Shown: positions 37,638 to 51,161 of the stretch, one piece after another
Position numbering within the stretch: the first letter of the stretch is position 1
How the letters are laid out: every line of letters begins with the position of its first letter
Assembly (NCBI GenBank): GCA_010093605.1
Contig: MU004188.1
Coordinates: 1,615,673-1,679,672 of the forward strand
Length of the DNA stretch: 64,000 nt
Direction: 5' to 3'
From: Lophium mytilinum
Lineage: Eukaryota
Translations under genes and position numbers: made by a program
Notes under the pieces: model-generated
Databases searched by the model: none
What the model saw: only the letters and a program-made list of their open reading frames with translations
What the model was told of the DNA's origin: nothing

Positions 37638-39011
37638 TTAGCCCGTTGCATCCTAGGGCCAATCACCTCCTCGAATTTGGAGTTCACAGCTAGTTTCGGC
37701 GCTTTCATGATTAGGCTCTACGCTTTCCATAACTCTTCCAGGTACACTTCCAAGATTGTTAGTCTTCTGGGCGCCCAGAAGTTGGCACTGTGCTCGACAC
37801 TTTTGCTGCCCAGACTTTCCTGAAGCAGAGAGTGGCGAACTGGACCCTTTGCTCCATACTTTGCCAAGATTAGGTGGAAGGCGACCCAGAGTTTTCTTGT
37901 GTGGTAACGTAACCATGGAACAGACGTCGGATTTTGAGGGTTAATCGAACGACACTCTCTCTCCAAGCTTCACTTTGAACTTTCTCTCTAAAGTGACCTT
38001 CATGCACGCGACTTACAACCTTCATTCTCAACCATCGTGAGGTGTGGAGGCCGGTAAGGTGAGCCGGTGAGGGCACGTGATATTTGGTGACCGGCTTCGT
38101 CATCCGGTTAGTAACTGCTGCAGGCGCTGAGTTGGCCGCAACCATTCAGGGATCACCAGGGAGGCAGGCTACACTTTGGCCGGTGTTCCTCGAGCGTTGG
38201 GCGGAACATGGTGGATTCGAAGAGTGCCCAGGTGGCTAATCCTGTGTCTTCAGCCCGACAGGATGCATTCTGGAGCATGAACAGTGTCAAGACGGTGAAG
38301 GGATTGAGCAAGGCCTCTTTCGCACCCAATAGCAGTGTCATGGCGACAACTGCGCCTCTTCCTCTGGCTTGCGCTGCTGGTGAGTGTGGCCATGCAGTTT
38401 GAAGGAGCGGAAAGTCATCTGCCCCTCGACGCCTCACCGGCAGCTAGCGCTCGGCTGAGCAGAGTATTCCTCGCACTGGCATTGGGCCGCAGCGAGGTTG
38501 GAGGTGGTGGGAGTCTTCGCATGCTTGCTTCTGGACAGTGTTGCATGACATCACCCCTCTGAGGGGCCGCGAAAACGACGCAGCAGGCCAGCCCGTTTGC
38601 CTTTCCGGCATCATCCACCACCCCGACCCTCCAACGACTGCCCAGCCTCAGCAACGCCGCTTGGTACCGCTCTTCCCACCTCACCGGAGAGTCAGCAGCC
38701 CTCCTGCCGCCCAGTGATAATAAAGCCCTGCTGTCCTCATCCGACTTTCCTCCTGCAAACCCCCCCTCCACCTTATCCCGTCCTTCGACCCCCATCATTC
38801 CTCCTTGACCCACCTACCTTCGTCTCTGCGCGAAGTCACTCCACCACCACCGGGAAAGCAAACGGTACTACTCTCCATGTCTCCCCGAGTTGCCCCCTAG
38901 CGTATCCTGAGGCTAATCGCAACGCACTGAAGATTACACGATTCCGCGCATCCGCTGCATTCACACCAATAAATACCCCTCTACACCCCGCCATCCGGCT
39001 GGCACGCAGAC

Positions 39012-40826
39012 ATGTCTGAGTACAGCTACGACGACCGCCCGCGCCGTGGAGGCTCCCGGCGCACCCGCGAGCGCGAGCCCGAATACGTCTCGGAAACCAC
39101 CTACATCGAGCGCGGCGGCAAAGGCGCCCCAGTCCGCGACCTCGTCTACCGCGGCCGCGAGGACAGCATCGAGGACATCCCGCGCGACTTCCCACCTCCA
39201 GGCGGAGAGTACCGCCAGAGCAGATACCGAGAGACTGACTACGCCCCGCGTGCCCGATCCGCCGGCCGCCGCAGCTACGACGACCGATCAGACTACGGCT
39301 ATGCACCCTCCAGTCGGGGCGGTGGCAGACGCCGCAGCTCCTACGACCGGGACGGCTACTACTCTGACGACTACGAGAAGCCTCGTCGCGACCGTCGCAA
39401 GTCGGTTGTCGATAATATTAAAGATACCGCCGAAGGTCTTGGCCTCGGCGGAGTCATCGCCGCTGTGACTGGCAAGAAGTCACGAAGCCGCTCTCGGTCT
39501 CGTCATGGAGGCCGGGACAACGACAGCGACCGATATGACCGCCGCAGTCGACGATATAGCGACGAGTCTACCGAGCGCAGCCGCAGCCGGGGAGGAGGAG
39601 GCCACAAAAGCTCCGCCAAGTGGGAGCAAGCCGCAAAAGCAGCCGTCGTTGCTGGTGCCATCGAAGCCTTCCGCAGCCGCAAAGAACCCGGTCCTTGGAC
39701 TGGACAGAAAGGCCAGCGCATTGCCACCGCCGCTCTTGGTGCCGCTGGTATCGACAGTCTCGTCGACAAAGACCCAGGCAACCATGGCAAGCGTCACGTT
39801 GCTGAAGCCGCCATCGGTGGGCTCGTCGCCAGCCGTCTTGCCAACGGCTCCCGCTCGCAATCTCGAGGTCGCGGCCGTGACGCGTCGAGGTCACGCTCGC
39901 GGTCACGATCCACAGGCGGTGGTCTCCGCGCTCGATCTAGGTCCCTCTTTGGCCGCGGACGTTCTCAATCTCGCGGACGCGACGGTGAAGACAAAAGCCA
40001 CACTCTCCGCGACGTCGCCGGCGCCGGAGCCGTCCTCGCTGCCGGCAAAGCTCTCTACGACCGCGTGCGCTCCAAATCCCGCTCCGCCAAGGACCGGAAC
40101 CGCTCCCGCAGCGCGTCCAGCGAAGACAGCTACGTGCCCTCGCGCGGACGCAACTACAACGACCGACGCAGTCGCAGTCGCGATATGGAATCGTACGATG
40201 GCGCATCGCGCAACAGCGGCGCAGTCGCCAAGAAAAACAGGGGAGGAGGAGGAGGAAGTGGCAGCGGCAGCGACTCCGAGTCGACGACCGACATGGAGCG
40301 CAAGCGCAAGAAAATGCGAGGTAAGGAACTCCTAACGGCGGGCTTCGCGACCGTCGCCACAATCCACGCGGCGCACGGCGTCTACTCTTCTATGGTGGCC
40401 TCGGAAAAGCGGCGTAAGCTGGTGAGCGAGGGCGAGATCACGCCCGAGGAAGCTCGTAAGCGCAAGAGCAAGAACATGCTGCAGGACGCAGCGGCCGTGG
40501 GCATTGCGGCGCTCGGTATCAAGTCGGCCTTCTCCGAGTGGAAGGAGATGAACGAGCAACGGCACACGGTCAAGGAGCTCGAGACGAAGCGCCGCAAGAG
40601 GGCCAAAGCCCGCGAAAAGATGGAGAGGGAGGCTCGCCAGGTTGCGCTTGGTGGTGGTGCTGGTGGCGGCGGTGTCGCGATCCCTAATGGACAGTATGCT
40701 AATGCGTATCCTGCGTACCCGACAGCTCCGAGGCAACAAGCGTATCCCACGACTTATGCGGATGCGAATCCGTATGGGAGCGTCCCCCCGCCGCCACTTG
40801 GCCCGCCGCCGTCGGCGAGATACTAG
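39012..40826 (+). CDS. Arg/Ser-rich conserved fungal protein (DUF3824-like)
   Basis: 604-aa intronless ORF; AAVVAGAIEAFRSRKEPGPWTGQKG and ELLTAGFATVATIHAAHGVYSS segments among RS tracts. Confidence 0.85.
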   Translation: MSEYSYDDRPRRGGSRRTREREPEYVSETTYIERGGKGAPVRDLVYRGREDSIEDIPRDFPPPGGEYRQSRYRETDYAPRARSAGRRSYDDRSDYGYAPSSRGGGRRRSSYDRDGYYSDDYEKPRRDRRKSVVDNIKDTAEGLGLGGVIAAVTGKKSRSRSRSRHGGRDNDSDRYDRRSRRYSDESTERSRSRGGGGHKSSAKWEQAAKAAVVAGAIEAFRSRKEPGPWTGQKGQRIATAALGAAGIDSLVDKDPGNHGKRHVAEAAIGGLVASRLANGSRSQSRGRGRDASRSRSRSRSTGGGLRARSRSLFGRGRSQSRGRDGEDKSHTLRDVAGAGAVLAAGKALYDRVRSKSRSAKDRNRSRSASSEDSYVPSRGRNYNDRRSRSRDMESYDGASRNSGAVAKKNRGGGGGSGSGSDSESTTDMERKRKKMRGKELLTAGFATVATIHAAHGVYSSMVASEKRRKLVSEGEITPEEARKRKSKNMLQDAAAVGIAALGIKSAFSEWKEMNEQRHTVKELETKRRKRAKAREKMEREARQVALGGGAGGGGVAIPNGQYANAYPAYPTAPRQQAYPTTYADANPYGSVPPPPLGPPPSARY

Positions 40827-43063
40827 AGAGATGGAGCAGTAGGATGATGGTTGATGGTCTCTTTGGGGGTTTCAGGCTTTTGAGGTATTAGAAGGTGAAC
40901 GGACTGAATGATTGAGAAGAGAGAGAGAAGGGTGGCGATTGATACCTGGGTATTGTATACCCGAGAGACGACTGTTTTCTTTTTTTCCTTTCTTTCTTGT
41001 GGACGGATGGGCATCTTTTTGGTTATGCTTTAAGAGTACGAATGGATGAATCAACGAATGAATGAATGGAGCGTCTCTCTTTGAATCGTGCATGGATGAT
41101 GGTTGGGATTGAAAGGTTTTTCGGGCTTTTAGGAAAGGAGGCGGGTGGGGATATACTGGATAGACTCCATAACAACTGTCACGACCTTTATGAAAAGATA
41201 TCTAGCAAGATTTGACGCTTGTGTAAGTTGGTGTAATGGTGTTCTTGTTGCAAAGGTGAGGAATGCCGCTCCCTATCTATTGTGTGCGGAACTTGGGACA
41301 AAGAATGCCTCCATCTCCACCTAAAAGTACCAAACACCTGACGTATCCCAACCATCACCCTGCATGCGGCGCGATAGTTAAAGTTCTACCTTGAGCCCCT
41401 AACCCACAACACCTAACCTTCTCCCCCAGCTACCAAATTAACTCAATCTCAACACCCCCTCCCCCCCAGAATAGCTACCTTCGACATATCATTTGCTATG
41501 CGTACTCACTTATCTCGCAAGAAACCTAACTCCAATCCAATCCAAACTCAGCAAAGATCCTGACCTCCCAGCGTTCCAGTACTTATACCCAAATCGGCTG
41601 ATACACCACGTGACATCCACGCCGCTGACTCACCGAAGGGTATATAAACTCCTCCTAGCTCCTGAGTCTCAGACTTGGAAGTATGGGAAGAGCGAGGGGA
41701 GGAGAGGAGAGAGGAAGAGATCAACTGAAGAGTTTGTCGCGATGTATGGGGGCTGTGTGTGTGGGATCAAAAAGCGGAAAAGGATGCTTATGGGTGTTGG
41801 GGGACGGAGAGGGTGATCAAAAACAGCAAGTGGAACGGACTTATGGAGGAGTGGAGGAGTGGGGTGGATCAAACCTCGTTACGGAAGGATACATGGAGAA
41901 GCTGTGGTGGGGATCAAATCTGAGGATGCTCCGGCCGATGGAGTGGAGTTGGTGAGGGCGTGGTGGTGATGCGCGTCTGTAGCTTTGTTTGGTGATCTTG
42001 AGGGTTATGGGGGGATGATTAGGAAGCATACAGCAGTGCAGAGATGACGATTACGAGTGCGTCGTATTTCTGGTGAAGCTTGAAAGGAAGCAAGTAAAGT
42101 GATGCTCTCTGGCATTGACTTTAACGTAGAGGATCCAAATTAGAGCACAAAGATGACGATCACAAGCAAAGAGAGCAGAAATATTTGTAAGGAGCATCTC
42201 ATTAAGCTTTAAGCGCGATCCCCACTTGGGGCGCAGTGTCGATTCAAACCAAGCCTTTCGAAAAAGCCTGCAGGCATCCATCTCCCTATCCCTCCCTCCC
42301 TCTCTTAGCATACACGAGTACCCTCATGCACCCCTCTTCTTCGTCGCCTTCCCCTTCTCAAATACACCACTCAACATGATTCTCCGAGAGACCCAGCCCT
42401 GTACAAAGAGAAAACCCGATACCTAACCAGAAGAAAAGACGGCAGAGAAGAAAAAGCCTCGGATCGGAGAGCTATCAGCAACCAGGAACAAGAAAGAAAT
42501 GAGAGATACAAGTTCGAAGCCAAGAAAAGAAACTAAGCAGGAGATGCTCATGCGAGGGCCCTGGGGCTACATTGCGGGTCGAGGATATTGGTACAAGGTA
42601 GGTGGGTAGGATGGAGTGGGTTGGGGTTTAGTTTGACAAAACGCCCCGGTTAGAGGGCGCAGTCGGGTATCTGTAGAGACAGGCGCAAAGCGCTGTGCGC
42701 TCTGACGAGTGTACGGGTAGCAAGCTAAGTAGAAGAAAAACACAGAAAGCAGAAGCAAACAGGCAGTCGCTAGCCAGTGAAGGGGCTAGGAGACAGCAAA
42801 AGGAGAGCCGAAAAGGAGAACGCCTGGCGCTAGTGATGATGCATGCAAGCAGTAAAAAGAGGGGAAGAAAACAAACAAAAGCCCGAAAGATAAGCCGTCG
42901 TAGGTAACCGTATCAGTCGCTTTTTGGTAAGGAAATCCGAAGTCCCCTTTTGGCCGTTTGTATGTAAAAGAAACCACTGCCCTAATTAAGCTGCCGAGCA
43001 CATGGCGCTGTGTGGAAGGGAGTTAGAATGTAATGATGGGTCCATAACCAAACGATTCGTGTT

Positions 43064-45316
43064 TCAAGTCCCGTTTGCTCCCAGATTCAGCCATGACATG
43101 TCTTGGTGAGTTCCGTTCTTCCTTACTGGAACACCGTTCTCAGGTACGCCCCTTGGAAACACAGTCACGGTGCTGTCTCGTCCTTCAGCTGCTCGTGCCG
43201 GATAGAACGTTGAGGGGGCCTCGCTCTTGGGAAAATAGGAGCTCGCGCCATCATTGTAGTAAGAGGTGGTGCCGTCTCGGACGCTACTCGTGTAGTTGCT
43301 GCTGACTGGCCTCTGGTTCCATGCGTTACCTGACGAGACAGGCGTCCAGCTCTCCGTTGCTCCACGATTGTCGCTGAAGAGATTGCTGCCATCATGTCCC
43401 AAGCTTGATACTGTACTGCCTGTCGAGTTTGCACGTGCCAGTTCCGCTTGCATCGGTTGGCCGGGAAGATTCTCTCGTGAATGTCCCAATGTAGGGCTTC
43501 CAGTGGCTACGCGACTTAACCGTTGACCCTCGAATTTGGCGAAGTTGAGGTCGAGCGGCGGCACCCCTTGTGAGGGGTGGCTGTAAATTCGAGAGTCTGC
43601 GTACTGTGAGTGGCTTCCGGCGCTCGTCCTATCAGATGTATATGTTGATCGTCCTGATTGCATTTGAGCGAGGTTGGTAGCTTCGTTGTTGGCGAAGTAT
43701 TTGCTCCATCCTGAGCTACGGCTGCGTCCATATGGAGCAGACTCTGGTGGGGCGGCCGGTTGGGGTTGTGTTGGCTTTTCGGTGATGTGCGCTATCCTCT
43801 GGTCAATCTTGGCCATCTCCACTGGCTCAGCGTAACCTAGGGGACTCTTCTTCATGACTAAACCTGCCGTGCTGGCATCACTTCCAATTCCTCTCTGATG
43901 ATTCTTCCCGGCTCGACCACTGATGATGGCAAGTGAATCTTGCGACATGTTTCGAGAGGCTGAATAGTTGTGCCCAATGGATCCACCAGCTTCGCTCATG
44001 AACTCGGCACCACGATCCGCAAAGCTTAGACGATCTTTCTCGACGTATCCTTCTCCACCGGCTCGCTTTCTCCGTTCCTTCTGCCACCTCAGCAGCAGCA
44101 ACAATATTATTACTATCGCAGCGATACCAAATATAGCACCTAACGTGGCACCGAGTACGGTTAGCATGCGGTTATGTTGATTGCCTGCTGCTGCCGGTGC
44201 GGCTGCTGCGGCCGACGATGAGGCCGCCGCTGACGCAGAAGTAGCAGATGCAGATGTAGCAGAAGGCGTGGATGAGGCCGAGGTTGATGTTGGCTCGGAT
44301 TGGATAGTGATCTGTTCCCCAGCAAACAGTTCCGTGGTGTTTACCCACGTATTTTCTCTTTGATTGAAGATGCAAAGAGGGTCTTTTGTGTCGCCACCAC
44401 TGATGACGGCGTATCCGTCCGTGTCTTGGGCAATAGAGAAGCCAGTCCGTGCTGTTGTTGGCGCAAAGGTGCTATTGTACGATGGCCAATTAGCCACGGT
44501 GAGATCTCGACTCTGCTTCTTGGCTGGTGGGCCGACAATCTGACCAGGGGGTGCTACGGCACCTCCCGCAGCAAGCAGAGCTGTGCGAGTGACCACATTT
44601 GGCGATGCGCTCATGTCGTAGGTCTCTAACACTTTGCTTCCATCATCGCCAGAGACGACAGTGCATTGGATCTGCGACTGGTTCTCGATTGCCTTCTCCA
44701 GGGTCGCACCTATGTTTTGCCAGCCGTCGGCTGGGCTGAAGGTCCACACAGCCTTGTTCTGGGTGTCCCCTCCAATCATAACGGCATGGCTGTCGTCCCA
44801 TGGCATTAGCATGGGCAAGACCGCAGGCGGTGCGGTCGAACTGTAGGCCTGTACTCCATAAGGCGCTACTGTTGAGATGAGAAAGGTTTGTGATGAAGGG
44901 CCGGTGTCTCCTGTGGTTTGCGAGCCAGAGTAGACGAGAATTGAAGACGACGCATTGAGGTAGGTTGCGGCGTGGTTCTGTCGGTTTTGGGTGACGGGGA
45001 CGACGGGGTTGACCCATTCCCACGTCCTGTCGGCGAAAGAGTAGCGCTGGATCCCAGGGTAATTCCAACTGCTAGCAGTCTCATTCACGGCACCCCCAAC
45101 GATGTAGAGGCCCGCTTGGCTGGCGTCACCGCCAGTTGGTATGACCTTGACGCATTGGCCCCCGGTCACCGACACACCCATGGGGAGCGGCTTCCATTCT
45201 GCACCTTCAGTCAAGTCGATGGACTGAAAGGCAGCGGGTGAATAGACGTAAAGAGTGTGGTTGTTAACAACGGAGCAGTGGCCGCTCAGCTCAACGAGCG
45301 GTTTCGGGTTGCTCAT
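43064..45316 (-). CDS. Kelch/galactose-oxidase-like beta-propeller single-pass membrane protein
   Basis: 750-aa ORF; LYIVGG, VMIGG, VISGG kelch-like strands, Ser/Ala/Thr stalk, TM helix (LTVLGATLGAIFGIAAIVIILLLLL), disordered tail ending DMSWLNLG. Confidence 0.85.
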   Translation of the reverse strand: MSNPKPLVELSGHCSVVNNHTLYVYSPAAFQSIDLTEGAEWKPLPMGVSVTGGQCVKVIPTGGDASQAGLYIVGGAVNETASSWNYPGIQRYSFADRTWEWVNPVVPVTQNRQNHAATYLNASSSILVYSGSQTTGDTGPSSQTFLISTVAPYGVQAYSSTAPPAVLPMLMPWDDSHAVMIGGDTQNKAVWTFSPADGWQNIGATLEKAIENQSQIQCTVVSGDDGSKVLETYDMSASPNVVTRTALLAAGGAVAPPGQIVGPPAKKQSRDLTVANWPSYNSTFAPTTARTGFSIAQDTDGYAVISGGDTKDPLCIFNQRENTWVNTTELFAGEQITIQSEPTSTSASSTPSATSASATSASAAASSSAAAAAPAAAGNQHNRMLTVLGATLGAIFGIAAIVIILLLLLRWQKERRKRAGGEGYVEKDRLSFADRGAEFMSEAGGSIGHNYSASRNMSQDSLAIISGRAGKNHQRGIGSDASTAGLVMKKSPLGYAEPVEMAKIDQRIAHITEKPTQPQPAAPPESAPYGRSRSSGWSKYFANNEATNLAQMQSGRSTYTSDRTSAGSHSQYADSRIYSHPSQGVPPLDLNFAKFEGQRLSRVATGSPTLGHSRENLPGQPMQAELARANSTGSTVSSLGHDGSNLFSDNRGATESWTPVSSGNAWNQRPVSSNYTSSVRDGTTSYYNDGASSYFPKSEAPSTFYPARAAEGRDSTVTVFPRGVPENGVPVRKNGTHQDMSWLNLGANGT

Positions 45317-48300
45317 GATAGAAGACGCAGCTCCAGGCGGATGGAGGACGAATGAAAGACAGCGAGAGGCGAATCCAGGTGGTTACAGTGTACTGGACTC
45401 GACATGAAGTAAAGGACAGACGCTTAGCATGCCAGCTGCGACTTCATAGCGAATTCAGCGATGGTGGGGTGGAATTTGAGGCTCCTTCCGGATGAGGTGG
45501 CTCTGCCTTCCAGTTACGACGGCGGATTCCAAGCTCTTTCAACGGCAGGTTGCGCGTATGCTCCCTCGAATATTCTCCAATTGTGCGGAATGATTGTGTC
45601 CAGGGTCGGCGTGTTATGGTGCGATAGGCCGCAAGAATAGTTAATAGCGAAGGGATTGTGATCTATCGCGCAGTCTGGCGTCAGAGGGGGCTCGGTGGCG
45701 GACACAGCAGGGGCTTGCAAGGACTTGCCTTCGGCCAGGTGCGAAGAGAAGGGTGTTGGCGTGTGGACAGACAGGCTGCCAGGTCCAGCAGACGTGTGGT
45801 ACAGTGTGTTTCGTGGCAGAGTGTCAGAGATTGAAACAGCACTCGCAGTAGGGAGCGACGCAGACGCAGGCTCTGTCAAAGAGGGCGAGGGGAGGGCTGC
45901 TTGAGGCTGTTCGGTGCTGGCGGGAGAGAGTGCGGGAGGCGGCTTCGAGGGTGCCGAGATGTCGTCGTCGCGCGATGAGGCCGGGCAGCGATTGTCGTGG
46001 GCGTTGGGTGAGGCACACAGGAACGGGGACGGCACACGGCTGGGCGAAGAGGAGTGCAGCAGTGGCCCGTTCGAGAGGACGTCTGTGTCGTCCGAGTGTT
46101 GGGCGCGCGAGGGATGCCGAAAGTGGTGATGACCGGGGGGTGGGCTGGCGGCTTGGGTGCTTCAGGCCGCGCGACTCGCTGCAGCTGATGGATGCAGGCC
46201 TCTGATGCGGCCGCTGATTCGCAGTCAATTGGAGTGGGCTGTTTGGGGAGAGCCCTTGTTTTGCGGAAACCTGCGATCGCCGTCGGACGTTCCGTGGCGT
46301 TGAGCTCCTACGCAGCACTCAGCTTTCTGAATGAGGTCAATGGCAAGCAGGCAGCACTTGGTGAGAGGCCGTCTGCGGTGCTTATTCTCGATGCTCGCGG
46401 CACACTCACGGCAGCTGGGGCAGCATGGCTTCGTGTTCGGCGCACGCAGCGAAAGTGTGCCTGGCGTCCTGGCCTTCACAAGCTAATTCAGGGGTCCCGC
46501 GCGCGCTAAGCTCGATTCAGCACGAAATCCAGGCACAGATGAAACGCACCATTCACACCGCCGTTTTTTCCGTCTCCCCCGTCTCCCAAGCCTTCTCCTC
46601 ACGCCTCAGGAACAGCCGATGCACCACTCACAGCATCTCTCCGAGCCCCTGCCGTCACGGCCCGGCTGCAGCATCGCAGAGAGGAGACCGACAACACCAC
46701 CGCAAAAAAGCACACCTGCTGCACCCAAGCCAAGCCGACGGCTTCGCGATGCTTCACAAAGCAATATCGCCTCAGCCGCCCTCGGTGACCGCAGCGCCAG
46801 CTTGTCACATCGTCCACCCATCTATGCGTGGCCGTTGCATCTGGCACGCTCGCTCCCCGTGGAGCCGCGCGCCACCCAGGAGACGTCGCCCCTTGGCGTG
46901 TGAATGTGAAGCGCTCGTCCCCACTCACCACCCTCACCCCAAAAGCAAACCACACAGAGCGTGGCCATCGTGAGATCCTCATTTAATGCCCTCTCGCCAT
47001 CACACCCACGCGCTCGCCTTGCCTTCTCCGCCGATGCGATCGCGAGCAATGTCGGATACGCGGCCCCCGGCCGTGCAACCACCTGTCTCCGTGGTGGTAT
47101 TCGCCGGCCTATTTTAAATCTAACCACCTCGCATCCATATACCGCCCTCCCCGACCTTCCAGAACAGCGACTAGGACCGTCTCCTTATCCGGCACGCTGA
47201 AATTGATTGCACTCTGGGCGTCTGACGCAACCCCCGTCCCCCCGCGTGGCTCCCTCGCGACATCACCGCTCGGGCTCAAACCAATGTCAAACCACACACG
47301 CGGTCCCTCCTGGAGGAACTGACCCAGACGCGAGGGCCTCCCAGTCTGTGCCTGCGCCGAATAGAGCCATCAATTCCTTTCTATCTTATCGCCCGTTGCA
47401 CACCGTGCTTCTCGTTCTCGTCTCCGCGTGTCCATAACGGCGGGGCGGGTTTCATCCTGCGTCGGGCAATTCCTTCGCACTGTCCATCGTGGCGTCCACG
47501 TTTCCTTATGCTCTGAGTCCGATGCTCTGTGCACCGTTCGCCATCTGCTTGTTTTCTTATGCGATATATCGCCTGCGCAGATCTGCCACTAGAAAAAGGT
47601 TTCATTATGCGTTTGAGGCTTTTCGCTCGCGCGTAGTCGCCAACACCCGACCATTCCGGCTGTGGTCTGAGGTGGCCAAGCTGTTGAGATGCGGTATTCG
47701 ATATGTGATCCTGTATTCGCCATCCTTGGCGATCCTTCAAAAGCGCCCCCGATCCCACCAAATCCCGCATGCACTATGGAGTGAGGCGATGGATAAAACT
47801 TATGCGTATTTCCTCGCCGCTGCCTAAGCCCCTCGGCGTTTGGCCAGAGCTTTGAGTAAGATGTGAATGCTAAATAGAGAAGACTTGAAGCAGCTTCAAA
47901 CGCTTCTATCCTGAGGCTGTTCGAGGTGTTCTAACACATTGTCTGGAATATGAGAATAATAACAAGACCAAAGGGTAAAACAAGCACCAACTTATGTCTT
48001 TTGTGAGTACCAACAATGAGTAGGCACGTAGATTACTTCCTTGTGTCTTTCGGCCCACATTTCTTTTCTTGTCGCACGGGTGCATTATGAAACAGTCGGT
48101 CATCGAGATGCGGTTTACCCTTGAAGTCAGCACCGGTTTTTGGGGGCGCTCTCCGACACTACGGACCTCACGCCTATCTTCAAACACTTTTTGGATCAAG
48201 GCCAGAGTCCGACTTCATTCATTCAATTGTTGATTCGCAGGATTTGGTCGGGAAATCCCTAAGCCAGCGGCCGCGTTTCACAATCTCCAGCCTAATTCAA

Positions 48301-49587
48301 AATCACGTACAGACACGGTCTCAACGCCTGAGCCTCTCGCAATCTCAAACGGTGTTCGGCACGCTCCGAGAGCACGGTAGGTCCCACTTCTTCTAGGTGT
48401 CGATCATCATCTTGCGGCTCAACGCGCTTGATAGCCGCATTGTGTTCCATTTTTGGTAATTACCAACGCGGGAGAATATATCACTACCTAGTCCCTCACC
48501 CATCTTTCCACCCCACAGCTACGACCGCCTGTACCGCTCTCCTTTATGAAATGCTTTGTCGCCCGACGTCATATCTGACAATATCCATCGGGGCTCCAAA
48601 AAAACCCACAGAAGACGCGTAAAGATCACTGAAAGGTTCGCATATGACGTATCCGAATGCACGTTGCTTTCCTGTGCCCTTGAGCTTTCATCGCGGATGT
48701 CGACGTCCTCTCAGTGGCTGCAAGCGTCCACGGGTCCGCCAGAGGCATATAACTGTGGGGGAAGTGATCACGGCGGAGACGATCCATTCGCACCTCTAGT
48801 GTCCGAGTATGGCGGCGGCGGTGTGAAAATTTGAGGGCCTACTGGAACCCTCTTACACGATACACAACGCTTAGCAAATATCCAGAAGAACCGGCTGAAA
48901 TGGCGAATGGACAGAAAGCACGATGAGATCAGTCTACACGTTCGTTTGCATAAGCCTCGGTGCCGCTCTTAGATGCATGACACCACCCTGAGTAGTGATG
49001 CAGATAGTTGATCGAGTAGCATGCTCGAAGGCCTTACGACTGTGTGGCGTGCCCTAAATCATCACTGAAATCCACATCATAGGTATGTATCATTCTCGAG
49101 TCTGCGAAGTGCGTCGACTTGCAGGTAAGTACGATCCGATCTGCTTATCGGTTTGTCACTGTTTGGGGTACTACTAGGAAAAATTGGGGCGAGATGTAGC
49201 ATTCTCGAGACTGCGAATTAGACTGCCAACTACATGCGACTCGCTTCTTTTCTCAATATCTAGGATAGACTCACAGCGCTCCTTTAGATCCAAACATGGT
49301 GCAAATTCTTAAGCCGTGAAACGAAGGAGTTTTCGATAGCTTATGTGCTAACCTAGGACGACATGAAAGGTTCCTCGAGTCGGTTATACAACACGAAAAG
49401 TTCGAACGCCACCTCCACGACTTGTAGTCGGGAGCTGCAATGGCTCCCCGCCCCCGCTGCCCCTCTGTTCGTAAGACAATAGCGACAGGTAGAGCTTGAG
49501 CTAAAAATCCCGCTTCTCCGTGAAATGCTTCCAGATCCCCGGCGCTGTTTGAAACTACCTACTCGCCTCCTATACGACCTAGAAGCC

Positions 49588-50530
49588 ATGTCCTCCGTTA
49601 AAGGCAAACTCTTCGCAATCACAGGCGCAGCATCTGGAATTGGCCTCGCAACCGCAACACTGCTCGCTTCCCAAGGCGCTCTGCTCACGCTCGCAGACAC
49701 GGATGACGACCGCCTGGACAAGCTGGAACTTGACCTAGCACACCCCATCAACGGAGTAAAGGTACACACGCGCAAGGTGGACGTCCGCGACTGCGCCCAA
49801 GTCGACTCCTGGATCGCAGACTCGGTGCGAGACTTCGGTCGGCCGCTCGATGGTCAGTTATGAACCACCCTCCACTCCGCACCAACCTACGTCGATATCC
49901 CAAGAAGAGTGTGACTCACTGACTTCCCAACCCCCAGGCGCCGCGAACCTCGCAGGCATCGCCGGCACCCTCGGCCCCGCGCGCGCCTTCGACGACGCCG
50001 ACTACGACGCCGTCTTCGCCGTCAACGTCAAAGGTACCTTCAACAGCTTACGCGCCGAGCTCGCGCACATGCGCGTCGCCGACCCCGCGAACGGCATCGG
50101 CGGCGGCAGCATCGTCAACGCGGCCAGCGTGGTCGGCGTCAAGGGGCTGCCGGGCGTGGGGGTGTACTCGGCGAGTAAGTTCGCTGTGGTAGGGATTACG
50201 AAGAGTGCGGCGGCGGATGAGGGGGCGACGGGGATTAGGGTGAATGCTATTGCGCCGTGAGTTGGATTTTTGGTTTCCGATATGCGTGGCATGTGCAGGT
50301 GTTGTTGGATGGGAGTTGAGGCTGACGTGTTGAGGTGTAGGGGGTTCGTGGATACGCCGCTTATGACGAAGCTGGATGAGCAGATGGAGGAGCCGCTGCC
50401 GCCTGGGTGTTTGTTGGGGAGGAGGGCGTGGCCGGAGGAGATTGCGAGGTTGGTAGTGTTTTTGCTGTCGGATGATAGTTCGTATGTGACTGGGTCGGTG
50501 TATGGGATTGATGGGGGGACTGTGTTTTAG
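49588..50530 (+). CDS. Short-chain dehydrogenase/reductase, 3 exons
   Basis: TGAASGIG, ANLAGI, YSASK catalytic motif, IRVNAIAP|GFVDTP; introns 49853-49937 and 50257-50340. Confidence 0.93.
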
Positions 50531-51161
50531 AAATAGGATGGAGAGTTTGATGGGCATAGTCGTTGAGACAGGATAGTAGGGGTAAAAAATCGGGAGTATC
50601 AGAGCCCATGAAGGTTGCCCTAAGGAATGACCACCGTTTTGCACACGGCTAATACGTTTTGCCTGAAAGTTGAAACGGTAGACCTTTTGTTCTTTAAACC
50701 CCGGGAAGATTGGATGAATTATAGTAGGAAATATACTCGTCTTTCCTCGTCTCCAACAGCTCGTCCTTCGTCGTTTCTGAATATTCACTATTCCGTGCAC
50801 CTGACAGTTCATATTGCCTCATACGCATAAGTGAAACTATCAATAGAGAAAGCAAGTGGCACTGGTGCCTGGAGCAACACAGTAGCGCTGAAGGTTAGTT
50901 ACACGGCGGTTGGAAAAAGATGACCAGAGATTAGCTACAGTTCATGGACCGAGGATTGCAAGTTTGATTCAACATTTAATTTTTCTTTCCGCGGATCAGC
51001 CACGGCCGCTGTCATGTGACCCAATATACAACTGTACAGCCTGATAATTACAGCATTCTTAACATGAAGAAGTTATGCAATTGAGCCTTGAACTCCCCTA
51101 GCACATTGCTCCGAAATACTCCTCTTAACTTTCCCATAATAGATAATCTGCTTGCCACAGT

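Noticed and set aside
45514..49500. Multiple short ORFs upstream of the kelch-like gene
   Set aside because: No recognisable domains or coherent splice model.
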